A stretch of 63,973 bases of DNA, the filler included, from Reclinomonas americana ATCC 50394 (taxonomy: Eukaryota), in assembly GCA_048213135.1 (NCBI GenBank). It is 21 parts of 21 records of this genome, joined end to end, with 100 filler letters (N's around TTAATTAATTAA, not from the genome) between each part and the next. Parts side by side here need not be neighbours in the genome. Positions count along the whole stretch, not along the records: positions 1 to 4,801 come from AFZH01019625.1; positions 4,902 to 7,586 come from AFZH01019628.1; positions 7,687 to 11,916 come from AFZH01019629.1; 18 more parts are not named here. One strand, written 5' to 3'. The notes beneath the pieces were generated by a model. It did no database searches. It was not told where the DNA came from and saw nothing but the letters and a program-made list of their open reading frames with translations. The stretch's first letter is position 1. Each line of letters starts with the position of its first letter. Of the stretch, positions 1-9,652 are shown piece by piece. Position numbers and translations under genes: made by a program.

Positions 1-73
1 GACGCGGAGATCTTGACCGAGACCGTCCTGTTTTCTGCCCGAAGTCGCTGATCGCCATCAGGGCACCCAAGAC

Positions 74-951
74 GTGAGAGAAACGCAAAGCGCGCGGCCC
101 GACTTCGCCTTCCTGGCCCTGGCCAAGGACTGCGCCGCCACGATCCCGCATTTTCTGGAGCTGCTGCGAGCGCTGAGGCGCAGCGGCTCCGGCGTCGTCG
201 CCTTCGTCGGCGAGAACGGCTCGCAGGACGGAACGCACGCGCTGCTCCAGCACGCCCAGTCGCGGGCGAAATCAGCCTCGTCCCTACCGCGTTCATGGCG
301 CGCGAGCCGGAGCGGCTCAGGCGGATGGCGCTCGGCCGGGAACGGCTCAAGAGCGAACTTGAAGCCTCGGGCCTCGCTCCCCGCTTTGTCTGCGTACTCG
401 ACATCGACAATGTCATCGCCGCGCCGCCCACGGTCCCGGCGCTGCTCGCCGCGGCTGCGAAACTCGATCGACCGGGCATCTTCGGGGTCTCGGCGAGCTC
501 GCGCCCGCACTATTACGACCTCCTCGCCTACGAAGACGAGCAGCGATCCTTCGTGACGTTGCTCGACGAGCTTGCGATCAGTCGCTCGGGCATCGTGAAG
601 TACTACCGCTTCTTCCGTTCGCGGATCTATCCGCACCAGCGTGCCCTCACGTCCGATCGCGAGATCAGCTGCGCTTCGACCTTCAACGGCCTGTGCCTCT
701 ACCGCGCCGACCTCTATCGCCTCGGCAGCTATCGTGAGGCCGGCCCCGCCATCTGCGAGCATCTAGCCTTCAACCGCCGACTAGCCGCCTTGACCGGGGG
801 GGCTATGCTGATCGATCCCGGCTTGGTGCTGCGCACGCCGTCCGATCACGCCGAGCAGAGCTTCCTGCCCTTCGCCTGGAGGCGATTTCGCAAGCTGATC
901 TCGCTGAGATTGCACCGGCAGGTTCACCGGCCGAATCTTCTCGCCAAGTGA
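74..951 (+). CDS. GT-A fold glycosyltransferase (GT2/CAP59-mannosyltransferase-like), split by a 1-nt frameshift near 263-268
   Basis: Frame 1 gives ALAKDCA...GENGSQDGT; frame 2 gives RMALGR, VLDID (DxD), YYDLLA, STFNG and CEH. Adding one G to cgcgggcgaa fuses them (QSRGEISLVPTAFMAR). Confidence 0.7.
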
Positions 952-1914
952 ATGCCGGAACCGAGCTGCGATCGACATCTTGACGGATGTGAACCATTGT
1001 CAACAATGACCTTAGGGCATGCCTAGATTTTCGTCACCCTTATGACTGCGCATCAAAGGCTCACGGAATCGGGAGCCGCGATCACGAATTTCTTACCTGG
1101 AGGATTTTCCGCCGCCGGTTGCCCAACCGAAGGAGATCAACCTCTTGCTCCTGAATAACAAACAATCGTTGCAATTTTAGCCAGCACTATCAAAAGGTAA
1201 AAAATGCAACTTTTAACCGCGATAGACATACGCTAATATTTTGAATCTTTATCTAAAATTTAGATCTACAATTAAGATACATTTTCCCTAGAAAAATCTT
1301 CAAATTACCTGCGCAAGACGCGCCCTGAAGGCTCACACCCAAGCTCAGATCAATACCCGATATGCAACTTACGTTAGAATTCGCATCCCCCACAAGCCTT
1401 TTTGGACACCAGCGCTCATAATGAAGCAGACAAACCGTGATAATGTGCTATTATCGCAGGGTAGATATGGACTGTAAGCGGGAGGTCACGTTCGCTCCTC
1501 CCTATAACCGCCTTGCTCCTGCCAAGCCTGCAGCTGTTTTTCTTGCATGCTTGACATAGCGATCGGGGAGGTTTCGAGAATGGCCTACATTGCCTCGAAG
1601 GCACAAAAAAAGACAGTTTTTTTGCCCATACTTTAATTGGGACCCATGCGAGATTTAAAACTCTCAATGCTGGGGCGGTTTTATTATCTATCCTGAAACA
1701 AAAAATCTCTACAATAAACGCCTTTGGATTCAGATTTTTATGATCTGAAACAAACAACTCATTCAACAACAAAATACACTCACTTACGCCAGATGATCGC
1801 TCGGAACAACAACCGGGAGATCAAATGTCGTTCAAGCACTGAATTATCTGTGAACAAGCTGCCTGTGACCCGCTTTTGCCTAGTATAACCATCAATTGAA
1901 GGAGTTGGACCAGC

Positions 1915-2469
1915 GTGAACCCGTCCATCGCCGACAGCTCGCCGAATATCGGCGCGCTCGATATCGATTTCGACCATCAGGGCCTTTTCAGCACACTGGT
2001 CGCTGACCTGGCGGAACTGCTGGAAAGCATCGCGGGGGTCGAGGACGCGTGCGCCTATGTCAGCGGCATCGCTGCGCGCCTGGGCACAGATATCGAGAAG
2101 CAGTACAAGTCGGCACTGGGCGTCCAGCATCTCAGTCGCGATCAGCTGATTGAAGTCCTGATCGATCTGAAGAATCGCGCTGGCGGGGCCTTCTCCGTCA
2201 TCGAGCAAGACGAGGACCGGGTCGTGTTCGGCAACTGCTCGTGCCCGCTCGGGCGGGCAGCGGCGAACCATCCTTCACTCTGCATGGTGACGTCGAACAT
2301 CTTCGGGCGCCTGAGCGCCAACGCGATCGGTTACGCCGCAGTCGACCTGGAGGAGACGATCGCCAGGGGGGCTGCCCAATGTCGCGTGGTTCTGCATCTG
2401 AAGCGTACTGAGCCAGGTCCGGAGACGAGGGAATATTTCCGAGATGATGCATCTACAGCTTCGGCATGA
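1915..2469 (+). CDS. Methanogen output domain 1 (MetOD1)/V4R-like small sensor protein
   Basis: AGGAG RBS then GTG start; signature FGNCSCPLG...LCMVTSNIFG...GYAAVDLEETIARG..CRVVLHL. Confidence 0.8.
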   Translation: MNPSIADSSPNIGALDIDFDHQGLFSTLVADLAELLESIAGVEDACAYVSGIAARLGTDIEKQYKSALGVQHLSRDQLIEVLIDLKNRAGGAFSVIEQDEDRVVFGNCSCPLGRAAANHPSLCMVTSNIFGRLSANAIGYAAVDLEETIARGAAQCRVVLHLKRTEPGPETREYFRDDASTASA

Positions 2470-3625
2470 GCCGGATCTAGAGACCTATCTCGAGCCATCA
2501 ATGATCGCCCTGAGCGATGGCAGCATCCGTGCGCTCAACCGCGCCGCAAGCCAGTTGCTCGCCCCTGGACACGCGGGCACATCGCTGCTCGATCTCTGCA
2601 CGAGCCGGGGCGAGGCCTTGCAGAGCTATCTTCTTGCCTGCTCGGGTTCGCGCCAGCCCCTGGTCGAGAGGGTCGGTTTCGGCGGCCCCCATGGCACGAA
2701 CGACTATCGCTGCTTTGGCAATGTCCTGGTCCCACGGCGCAAGAACCAGCCGGCCACGCTTTTGCTCCGTCTGTTTCCCTTGCTCGACGCACGCTTCTCG
2801 GCCGCCGCGGAGCGGATGAGGCGCCTGACCGCCGAGCGGCAGCGTCGCCTCGCCCTGCAGCAATTCGACGAACTGCGCTGCGACCGCGTCCGGCTGGTGG
2901 AACAATACTGCTTCGTCGCCGAAGCACTGCGCGTCGTGGAGGCACGAACGCACCAACTCCAGGATGAGCTCAACCATATCCGAGCCGACGAGCGCGAGCG
3001 CATCGCGCGCGACCTGCACGACCATGCCGGGCAAGAGATGGCCCAAGTGCTCGCGGAGCTGAGAGTGTTGCAGGAGAGCACGAAAGGACCGGCGAGAAGG
3101 CGCCTCGACGAGATCGTCGCGCATGTCGCCGGCGTCGGGCGCAAGATCCACCATGCCGTCGTCAGTGGCCGGCCACGTGTCGTCGAAGAGCTCGGCTTCA
3201 GGCGAGCCATCGAGACCATGGCGGCCTCCTTCGCGGCGGATGGGCGGCTCGATCTCTCCTTCCGAAAGAAGGGGATCGAGCCCGAACGGATGCCGCCTGC
3301 CATCGAAGACGCTCTCTATCGGGTGGCGCAGGAAGCACTGACGAACGCCCTCAAGCACGCGCTCGGCGCACGCAAGCTCGACGTCACGCTGGATTACGCA
3401 ACCACGTCGGTCTCGCTCACGATCGCTGACGACGGCATCGGCCTCTCATCCGAGGCCGAGCAGGCGGGAAGCGGCCCCTGCCCCGGCATCGGCCTTCACG
3501 GCATGCGCCAGCGCATGGACGATATCGGCGGGACGCTGGAGATCCGACCACGCTACCGCAAGGGCACGGTCGTCAGCGCCACTGCTCCCCTGAGCAACGC
3601 ATCGCCGCGGAGCGTTGCCTCGTGA
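2444..3625 (+). CDS. Soluble sensor histidine kinase, HisKA_3 (NarX/UhpB-type), with PAS-like N-terminus
   Basis: H-box RIARDLHD, N-box QEALTNALKH, G1 IADDGIG, G2 GIGLHGMRQR; no evident TM helix. Confidence 0.9.
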   Translation: MMHLQLRHEPDLETYLEPSMIALSDGSIRALNRAASQLLAPGHAGTSLLDLCTSRGEALQSYLLACSGSRQPLVERVGFGGPHGTNDYRCFGNVLVPRRKNQPATLLLRLFPLLDARFSAAAERMRRLTAERQRRLALQQFDELRCDRVRLVEQYCFVAEALRVVEARTHQLQDELNHIRADERERIARDLHDHAGQEMAQVLAELRVLQESTKGPARRRLDEIVAHVAGVGRKIHHAVVSGRPRVVEELGFRRAIETMAASFAADGRLDLSFRKKGIEPERMPPAIEDALYRVAQEALTNALKHALGARKLDVTLDYATTSVSLTIADDGIGLSSEAEQAGSGPCPGIGLHGMRQRMDDIGGTLEIRPRYRKGTVVSATAPLSNASPRSVAS

Positions 3626-4281
3626 CGGCGCGGATCATCCTGGTCGACGATCACCCGGTCGTGCTGGCAGGCCTCAAGTCCCTGGTGCTCGGCCTGCCTG
3701 ATTTCGACCTGGTGGGGCTGGCGAGCTGCGCGGCGGAAGCGCTCGTGCTCGTCCGTGGCCAGCGACCCGACCTTGCCGTCTTCGACATGGGGCTTCCTGG
3801 CATGAGCGGCCTGACGCTGGCCGAACGCGTCCTGGAAGAGCTGCCCGACATCCGGATCGTGATGCTGACCCATTACGAGGAGCCGAGCTACGTCCAGAAG
3901 GCGCTGCGGACCGGCATTCGCGGCTACGTCCTCAAGGCATCGGCGGGCGAGAAGGTCGAGCAGGCGCTGAGGACGGTCCTGAGCGGCGGGGTCTATATCG
4001 ATTCCGATCTGGAGGACTTCCGCTCGGAATGGATCCGCAAGCTGTGTCCGACGGCCGGCGTGGGGACGGCGACCGCGAACGACACGCTGACCTACCGCGA
4101 GATGCAGGTCCTGCGCCTGGCCGCGGTGGGCCACTCCAACAAGGAGATCGCCCGACGCATCGGCCTCGGCATAAAATCGGTCGAGACCTATCGATACAGG
4201 GCCTGCAAGAAGCTGATGCTGCACTCCCGTCTCGACATCATCAGATATGGCGCCAGCCATGGCTGGATTCTCGACGTCTGA
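3622..4281 (+). CDS. NarL/FixJ-family response regulator (REC + LuxR HTH)
   Basis: VDDH, LAVFD (phospho-Asp), GYVLK, LTYREMQVL...SNKEIA; GTGA overlap with the kinase stop. Confidence 0.93.
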   Translation: MTARIILVDDHPVVLAGLKSLVLGLPDFDLVGLASCAAEALVLVRGQRPDLAVFDMGLPGMSGLTLAERVLEELPDIRIVMLTHYEEPSYVQKALRTGIRGYVLKASAGEKVEQALRTVLSGGVYIDSDLEDFRSEWIRKLCPTAGVGTATANDTLTYREMQVLRLAAVGHSNKEIARRIGLGIKSVETYRYRACKKLMLHSRLDIIRYGASHGWILDV

Positions 4282-4540
4282 CGGCCGTGACTAAGCCGTT
4301 GGCGCGCTGAACTGCCGGAGCTGCTCCTGTGCGGAGTACTCAGCTTGGCGTGACTGGAACAATAATGGCCACAGGCCCCGCGACGGCATCTCCGGAAGAG
4401 CGTCGCGACTTGCCGGGCCGTTCCCGCTACCAAAGTGCCCGGGGATAAGAGCCTGCGCTCGGGACCCGCCAGTGACGGGCGGGACCCGGCATCACGGTCG
4501 CATCTCCCACCGAAAAGGCGACCAGAGCGGCGGCACGACC

Positions 4541-4801
4541 ATGGCAAGGATCCTCGTTGCCGACGAACATGCGCTCTACCGCACGGGCCTGCGTACGATC
4601 CTGCACGCTGCCTTACCGGAGGCCGAGCTTCTCGAAGCCGAGGACTTCGACGGCCTGATGCGCAACCTGATGGAGGAACAGCCGATCCATCTCGTGCTGG
4701 TCAGCCTCGGCCTGACGGGCTCTACCGATCCGCAGGTCATCTGGGATTTCAAGCGCGCCTCGGCGACGACACGCTATGTCGTCATCTCGAGCAACGGCAC
4801 C
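4541..4801 (+). CDS. Second receiver-domain protein, atypical (no phospho-Asp), truncated by gap
   Basis: RILVADEHALYRTGL is a NarL-type REC start; beta-3 reads IHLVLVSLGL, with Ser where Asp is expected. Confidence 0.75.
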
Positions 4802-4901
4802 NNNNNNNNNNNNNNNNNNNNNNNNNNNNNNNNNNNNNNNNNNNNTTAATTAATTAANNNNNNNNNNNNNNNNNNNNNNNNNNNNNNNNNNNNNNNNNNN
4901 N
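4802..4901. other. Artificial contig linker (N-TTAATTAATTAA-N, 100 nt), first of 20
   Basis: Same linker with stops in all six frames recurs starting near 7587, 11917, 16125, 17468, 20614, 22110, 27566, 30148, 34873, 39028, 40400, 43283, 44780, 47499, 49054, 50953, 56282, 59981 and 62857. Confidence 0.99.
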
Positions 4902-5158
4902 GCGACCGACACTGGCGCGACGCGATAGCCGCGATTGTCTTCGAAGATGACCAGGCCGTCCGGGATGAGCCGGGCGAGAGCCTCCCGCAGCGGACTCAGG
5001 GAGACCGCGAAAATCTCGCGAGCCCGGTCGAGATTGATCTTGGCGCCGGCCTCGAGCTGGCCCGAAACGATCGCTTCGCGCAGGCGCTCGACGAGCTGGC
5101 TTGCGATGGTGTTCTTGCCGTCGTCGACAAACGCACTCCGCCAAAACCCCCGCGCCAT
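4902..5158 (-). CDS. GntR-family regulator, N-terminal HTH (truncated by gap)
   Basis: LREAIVSGQLEAGAKI...VSLSPLREALARL..DGLV...NRGYRVAP. Confidence 0.85.
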
Positions 5159-5459
5159 CCGCCCCGGCGTTCAGCACGGCCGCAGCGCGAACCTCCGACA
5201 CTGTTCTCTTGGGAGCGCCGCCAGCCACTGCAGGAACCTCGCACGTCATGTCACTCCGCAGGTCTTAAATAAACGATTATCTCAAGTCAACTCTGCCCGG
5301 GACTTATCGGGAACTTTGCATAAAATCATGATATTTCAATACAATGACAATAACCCCGGCGTAGCGTGCCGACCCTTTTGAGCGCCAAGGATTGACAGAT
5401 CATCGATTATTTCTGATAAGCCGCAGCCGCCTGCAGAAACGTGCCAGGGGAGATGAGGC

Positions 5460-6353
5460 ATGCTTATCGAGCGACAGCAGGACGTCACGCCGGCCGTCCT
5501 TGAGGTCATGAAGCGAACGCAGAATCCGCGGATGCGCGAGATCATGGTTTCGCTGGTGACGCATCTGCACGGCTTCATCCGCGACGTCCGCCTCACCGAG
5601 GCCGAATTCCGTGACGCGACGGCCATGCTGAACGAGATCGGCGCGCTCGCATCCGACACCCACAACGAATTTGTCCTGATGTCCGGCTCGCTCGGCGTGT
5701 CTTCGCTCGTCTGCCTGCTCAACAATGGCGATGGCGGCAACACCGAGACGTCGCAGTCGCTTCTGGGTCCTTTCTGGCGGCTGAATTCGCCGCGGGTGGC
5801 GAATGGCGGCACGATCGTCAGATCGGACACCCCCGGGAACCCATTGTTCGTCAGCGCTCGGGTTGTCGATGGTTCAGGTCGCCCGATCGCGGGTGCCGAG
5901 GTCGATGTCTGGCACGCCTCGCCCGTAGGGCTCTACGAGAACCAGGATCCCGAGCAGGCCGAGATGAACCTGCGCGGCAAGTTCACGACCGACGCCGATG
6001 GCCGCTTCTGGTTCAGCTCGGTGATGATGGTCGGCTATCCCATTCCGACGGATGGCGTGGTCGGCCGCCTACTGAAGGCACAGGATCGCCATCCGATGCG
6101 GCCGGCCCATCTGCATGCGCTGATCTTCAAGCCGGGCTTCAAGGTCCTGATCTCGCAGGTCTACGACTCCAACGATCCCCACATCGACTCCGACGTCCAG
6201 TTCGGCGTGACGAAGGCGCTGCTCGGCGATTTCGTCCGCCATGACGAGCCGCATCCTGTCGAGCCCGGCGTCAGCGCTCCCTGGTACTCGCTCGATTACA
6301 CCTACGTCATGGAACCGGGCGAGGCCGTGCTGCCACGGCCGCCGATCAAGTAA
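5460..6353 (+). CDS. Intradiol ring-cleavage dioxygenase (catechol/hydroxyquinol 1,2-dioxygenase family)
   Basis: LLGPFW, VDVWHA..GLYENQD, NLRGKF, GYPIPTDG, RPAHLH supply the Tyr/Tyr/His/His Fe ligands. Confidence 0.9.
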   Translation: MLIERQQDVTPAVLEVMKRTQNPRMREIMVSLVTHLHGFIRDVRLTEAEFRDATAMLNEIGALASDTHNEFVLMSGSLGVSSLVCLLNNGDGGNTETSQSLLGPFWRLNSPRVANGGTIVRSDTPGNPLFVSARVVDGSGRPIAGAEVDVWHASPVGLYENQDPEQAEMNLRGKFTTDADGRFWFSSVMMVGYPIPTDGVVGRLLKAQDRHPMRPAHLHALIFKPGFKVLISQVYDSNDPHIDSDVQFGVTKALLGDFVRHDEPHPVEPGVSAPWYSLDYTYVMEPGEAVLPRPPIK

Positions 6354-6388
6354 ACCCCATCGTTTGAAGCCTTGAAGGAAGCGCTGCC

Positions 6389-7171
6389 GTGTTGACCGAC
6401 GAAGACCACCGCAAGGCCGCCGAAGCCATCCTGAAGGCCGAGCGCGAGCGGGTGCCATGCCCCCAGCTTTCAAAGACATTTCCCGGTATGGAGATCGCCG
6501 ACGCCTATCGCGTGCAGGATCTCTGGGCCGAAGCGCGGATCGCCAATGGCGCCCGGCTCGCCGGCCACAAGATCGGCCTGACCTCGCGCGCCATGCAGAT
6601 GGCCTCCAAGATCACCGAGCCGGATTACGGCCGCATCCTCGACGACGCGCTCTACAATGACGGCGCCCGGATCAAGGCCGACGACTTCATCAAGCCCCGG
6701 CTCGAGGTCGAGCTCGCCTTCATCATGGGCGAAGACCTCTCCGGCCCGGCCTGCCGGGTCCACGACGTGATGCGCGCGACCGAATTCGTCGTTCCGGCGC
6801 TGGAAATCATCGACTACCGCACCGAGGTTCCGCGAGCCATCGTCGACACCATCGCCGACAACGCCGCCTTCGGCGCCATCGTCCTCGGCGGCCGCACGAT
6901 CCGCCCCTTCGACGTCGACGTGCGCTGGATCGGCGCGACGCTTTCGCAGAACGGCATCATCGAGGAATCGGGCGTCTCGGCAGCGATCATGGGGCATCCC
7001 GCAGCGGGCATCGCCTGGCTGGTCAACAAGCTGCACGACGTCGGAGCGGGGTTGAAGAAAGGCCAGATCGTGCTCGGCGGTTCCTTCACCCGGCCTGTCG
7101 ACATCAAGACGGGCGACGTCATCCATGCCGATTACGGCCCGCTGGGCGCCATCGGCGTGTCGTTCATCTGA
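6389..7171 (+). CDS. hpaH: 2-oxo-hept-4-ene-1,7-dioate hydratase-like (HpaH/HpcG, FAH superfamily)
   Basis: GHKIGLTSRAMQ, EPDYG, PRLEVELAF, DTIADNAA, GHPAAGIAWL, GGSFTRP. Confidence 0.85.
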   Translation: MLTDEDHRKAAEAILKAERERVPCPQLSKTFPGMEIADAYRVQDLWAEARIANGARLAGHKIGLTSRAMQMASKITEPDYGRILDDALYNDGARIKADDFIKPRLEVELAFIMGEDLSGPACRVHDVMRATEFVVPALEIIDYRTEVPRAIVDTIADNAAFGAIVLGGRTIRPFDVDVRWIGATLSQNGIIEESGVSAAIMGHPAAGIAWLVNKLHDVGAGLKKGQIVLGGSFTRPVDIKTGDVIHADYGPLGAIGVSFI

Positions 7172-7180
7172 GGGGCCGTC

Positions 7181-7932
7181 ATGAACCTGCCGGAAAACCA
7201 CTTCAAGCGCGCCCTGCGCGAAGGCCGCCAGCAGATCGGCCTGTGGTGCAGCCTGCCGGGCAGCTATGCCGCGGAGGCCGTGGCGGGATCCGGCTACGAC
7301 TGGCTGCTCTTCGACACCGAGCATTCACCTGGGGACCCGCTCACCGTGCTTGCTCAGTTGCAGGCGGTGGCGCCCTATGACGTCTCTGCCGTGGTCCGCC
7401 CGGCAAGCAACGATACGGTCCTGATCAAGCGCTTCCTCGACCTCGGCGCACAGACCCTGCTGATTCCTTACGTGCAGAACGCCGACGAAGCACGTGCCGC
7501 GGTCGCGGCGATGCATTATGCGCCCGACGGCGTTCGCGGCGTCTCCGGCCTGACGCGGGCGACGCGCTTCGGCCGGGTTGCCGGCTNNNNNNNNNNNNNN
7601 NNNNNNNNNNNNNNNNNNNNNNNNNNNNNNTTAATTAATTAANNNNNNNNNNNNNNNNNNNNNNNNNNNNNNNNNNNNNNNNNNNNCCGGCGGATCTCGC
7701 CGCGAGCCTGGGTCATGTCGGCGAGCCCGGGCATCCAGAGGTTGTCGCGGCCGTCGAGGATGCGATCCGCCGGATTCGCATCATCGGGAAGCCGGCGGGC
7801 ATCCTGACGCCGGACATGGCCTTCGCCCAGCGTTGCATCGAGATCGGCACCCTCTTCACCGCCGTCGCGATCGACGTCGGCATCCTGGCGCGAGGCACCG
7901 AGGCCATGGCGCGCCAGTTCAAAGTGAACTGA
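7181..7932 (+). CDS. hpaI: HpcH/HpaI class II aldolase, interrupted by gap 7587-7686
   Basis: N-part QIGLW..., [18 protein letters not shown]; after the gap [10 protein letters not shown]...GKPAGIL...MARQFKVN*. Confidence 0.85.
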
Positions 7933-8103
7933 CAGCTCTGAGCCGGCCGTGGGGAGACACTGGGATCGACGCTCCCCCGCGGCGAGCTTCACGGCCGCTT
8001 GGCGCCTGATGGAGGGCGAGAGTGACTGCTCCGATTGGCGCCGACGCGTGAGCCTCTCGCACCCTGGCTGATTCAGGCTTGCCTGGCGGTCGTGGGGCGG
8101 CTA

Positions 8104-8126
8104 TCTGCGTAACAGTATAACATTTC
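8104..8126. promoter_or_regulatory. Putative Zur (Fur-family) box
   Basis: TCTGCGTAACAGTATAACATTTC; the right half TATAACATTTC matches the Zur consensus, and it abuts the SBP start. Confidence 0.55.
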
Positions 8127-9650
8127 ATGGAACCGCCCGTGTCGAGGAAGTTCGTTGCGATCGCAATCGCGATGCTGGCCATGTCCGGCATGGCCGCGGC
8201 CAAGCCCCTCAAGGTCGTCGGCCCCTGGGAGATCGCGGGCATCGATCCGGCGCAATCCGGCTTCGTGTTCAGCCGCATGCAGGTCGCGGAAACGCTCGTC
8301 TCGGTCGATACCGACGGCAAGCTGACCGCCGGCCTGGCGACCTCCTGGTCGACCAGCGAGGACGGTTTGGCCTGGCGCTTCCGGCTGCGCGATGGGGCTC
8401 GCTTCCATGACGACAGCCCGGTGACTGCGGCGGTCGTGGCCGACACCTTGCGCAAGGTGCAAGGCGGCGCCGGCGTGTTCAGCCAGGTACCCGTCGCGGG
8501 CATCGAGCCCGATGGCCAGGACGTGGTCATCCGTCTGTCCAAGCCTTTTGCTGCGCTGCCGGCCTATCTCGTCAACTTCACCACCATCATCCTGGCCCCG
8601 TCCTCGGTTGGCTCGTCGGGAAAGGTCGAGCGGATCGTCGGCTCGGGCCCCTACCGCGTGAAAAGCCTCACGCCGCCGCTCAACATGCAGCTCGAGGTCG
8701 CTCCGGCATGGGCCGGCGCGAAGCCCGGGGTCGCCGAAGTCGACTACCAGGCGGTTGGGCAGGGCGAGACCCGCGCGCTGATGGCCGAGAGCGGCGAGGC
8801 CGACCTCGTCTTCTCGATGCTGCCGGTCTCGGTCGAGCGGCTCAAGCGCAACCCGAATCTCGATGTCCGCATCGCCACGATCCCGCGCACGCGCATGCTC
8901 AAGGTCAATGCCGCCTCGCCCCTGTTCAGCGATGTTCGGGTCAGGCGTGCGATCAGCGCCGCGCTCGACCGCGAGGGCACGACGCGCGTCATCCTGCGCA
9001 ACGCCGATCTCGCGGCGACCCAGCTCTTCCCGAAGGCGCTGGCCGGCTGGAACGACCCGGAACTGCCCCCGCTGAAGCGCGATCTGGCCGCCGCCAAGGC
9101 GCTGCTCGCCGAAGCCGGATGGACGCCGGGCGCCGACGGCATCCTGCAGAAGGACGGCAAGCCGTTCTCCTTCACGCTGCTGACCTATGCGAGCTGGCCG
9201 GAGCTGCCTCCGATCGCGACCGCCATCCAGGCCCAGCTGAAACAGGTCGGGATCGACGCCAAGGTCTCGGTCGGCAACAGCTCCGAGATCCCCGCGCGCC
9301 ACAAGGATGGCACGCTGGAGATGGGACTGGTCTCGCGCCTGTATTCGATCGTGCCGGACGCGATCGGCACGCTGCGGGACGACTACAAGGCGGGTGGCAG
9401 CGACTGGGGCGCGACCGGCTGGTCCAGTGACGAGCTCAACGCGCTGGTCGAGACAATGGCGCAGACCAGCGACCCCGCTGCACGCGCGCCGATGCAGAAG
9501 CGGGCGATCGCGATCCTCCAGAGCGAGCTACCGAGCATCCCTGTGACCTGGTCGGAGCTCGCCATTGTCGCGAACAAGCGCGTCACGGGCCTGCGCATCG
9601 ACCCGCTCGAAGTGAACTATGGGCTCGCCTCGATCCGCTGGGCCCAATAG
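8127..9650 (+). CDS. ABC substrate-binding protein, family 5 (nickel/peptide/metallophore)
   Basis: Signal peptide; LATSWS, WRFRLRDGARFHD, GSGPY, DVRVRRAIS; alternative GTG start at 8140. Confidence 0.9.
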   Translation: MEPPVSRKFVAIAIAMLAMSGMAAAKPLKVVGPWEIAGIDPAQSGFVFSRMQVAETLVSVDTDGKLTAGLATSWSTSEDGLAWRFRLRDGARFHDDSPVTAAVVADTLRKVQGGAGVFSQVPVAGIEPDGQDVVIRLSKPFAALPAYLVNFTTIILAPSSVGSSGKVERIVGSGPYRVKSLTPPLNMQLEVAPAWAGAKPGVAEVDYQAVGQGETRALMAESGEADLVFSMLPVSVERLKRNPNLDVRIATIPRTRMLKVNAASPLFSDVRVRRAISAALDREGTTRVILRNADLAATQLFPKALAGWNDPELPPLKRDLAAAKALLAEAGWTPGADGILQKDGKPFSFTLLTYASWPELPPIATAIQAQLKQVGIDAKVSVGNSSEIPARHKDGTLEMGLVSRLYSIVPDAIGTLRDDYKAGGSDWGATGWSSDELNALVETMAQTSDPAARAPMQKRAIAILQSELPSIPVTWSELAIVANKRVTGLRIDPLEVNYGLASIRWAQ

Positions 9651-9652
9651 GC

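Noticed and set aside
1416..1772. 118-aa minus-strand ORF in the AT-rich region
   Set aside because: TTG start, no RBS, atypical codon use, no motif; cannot be supported.
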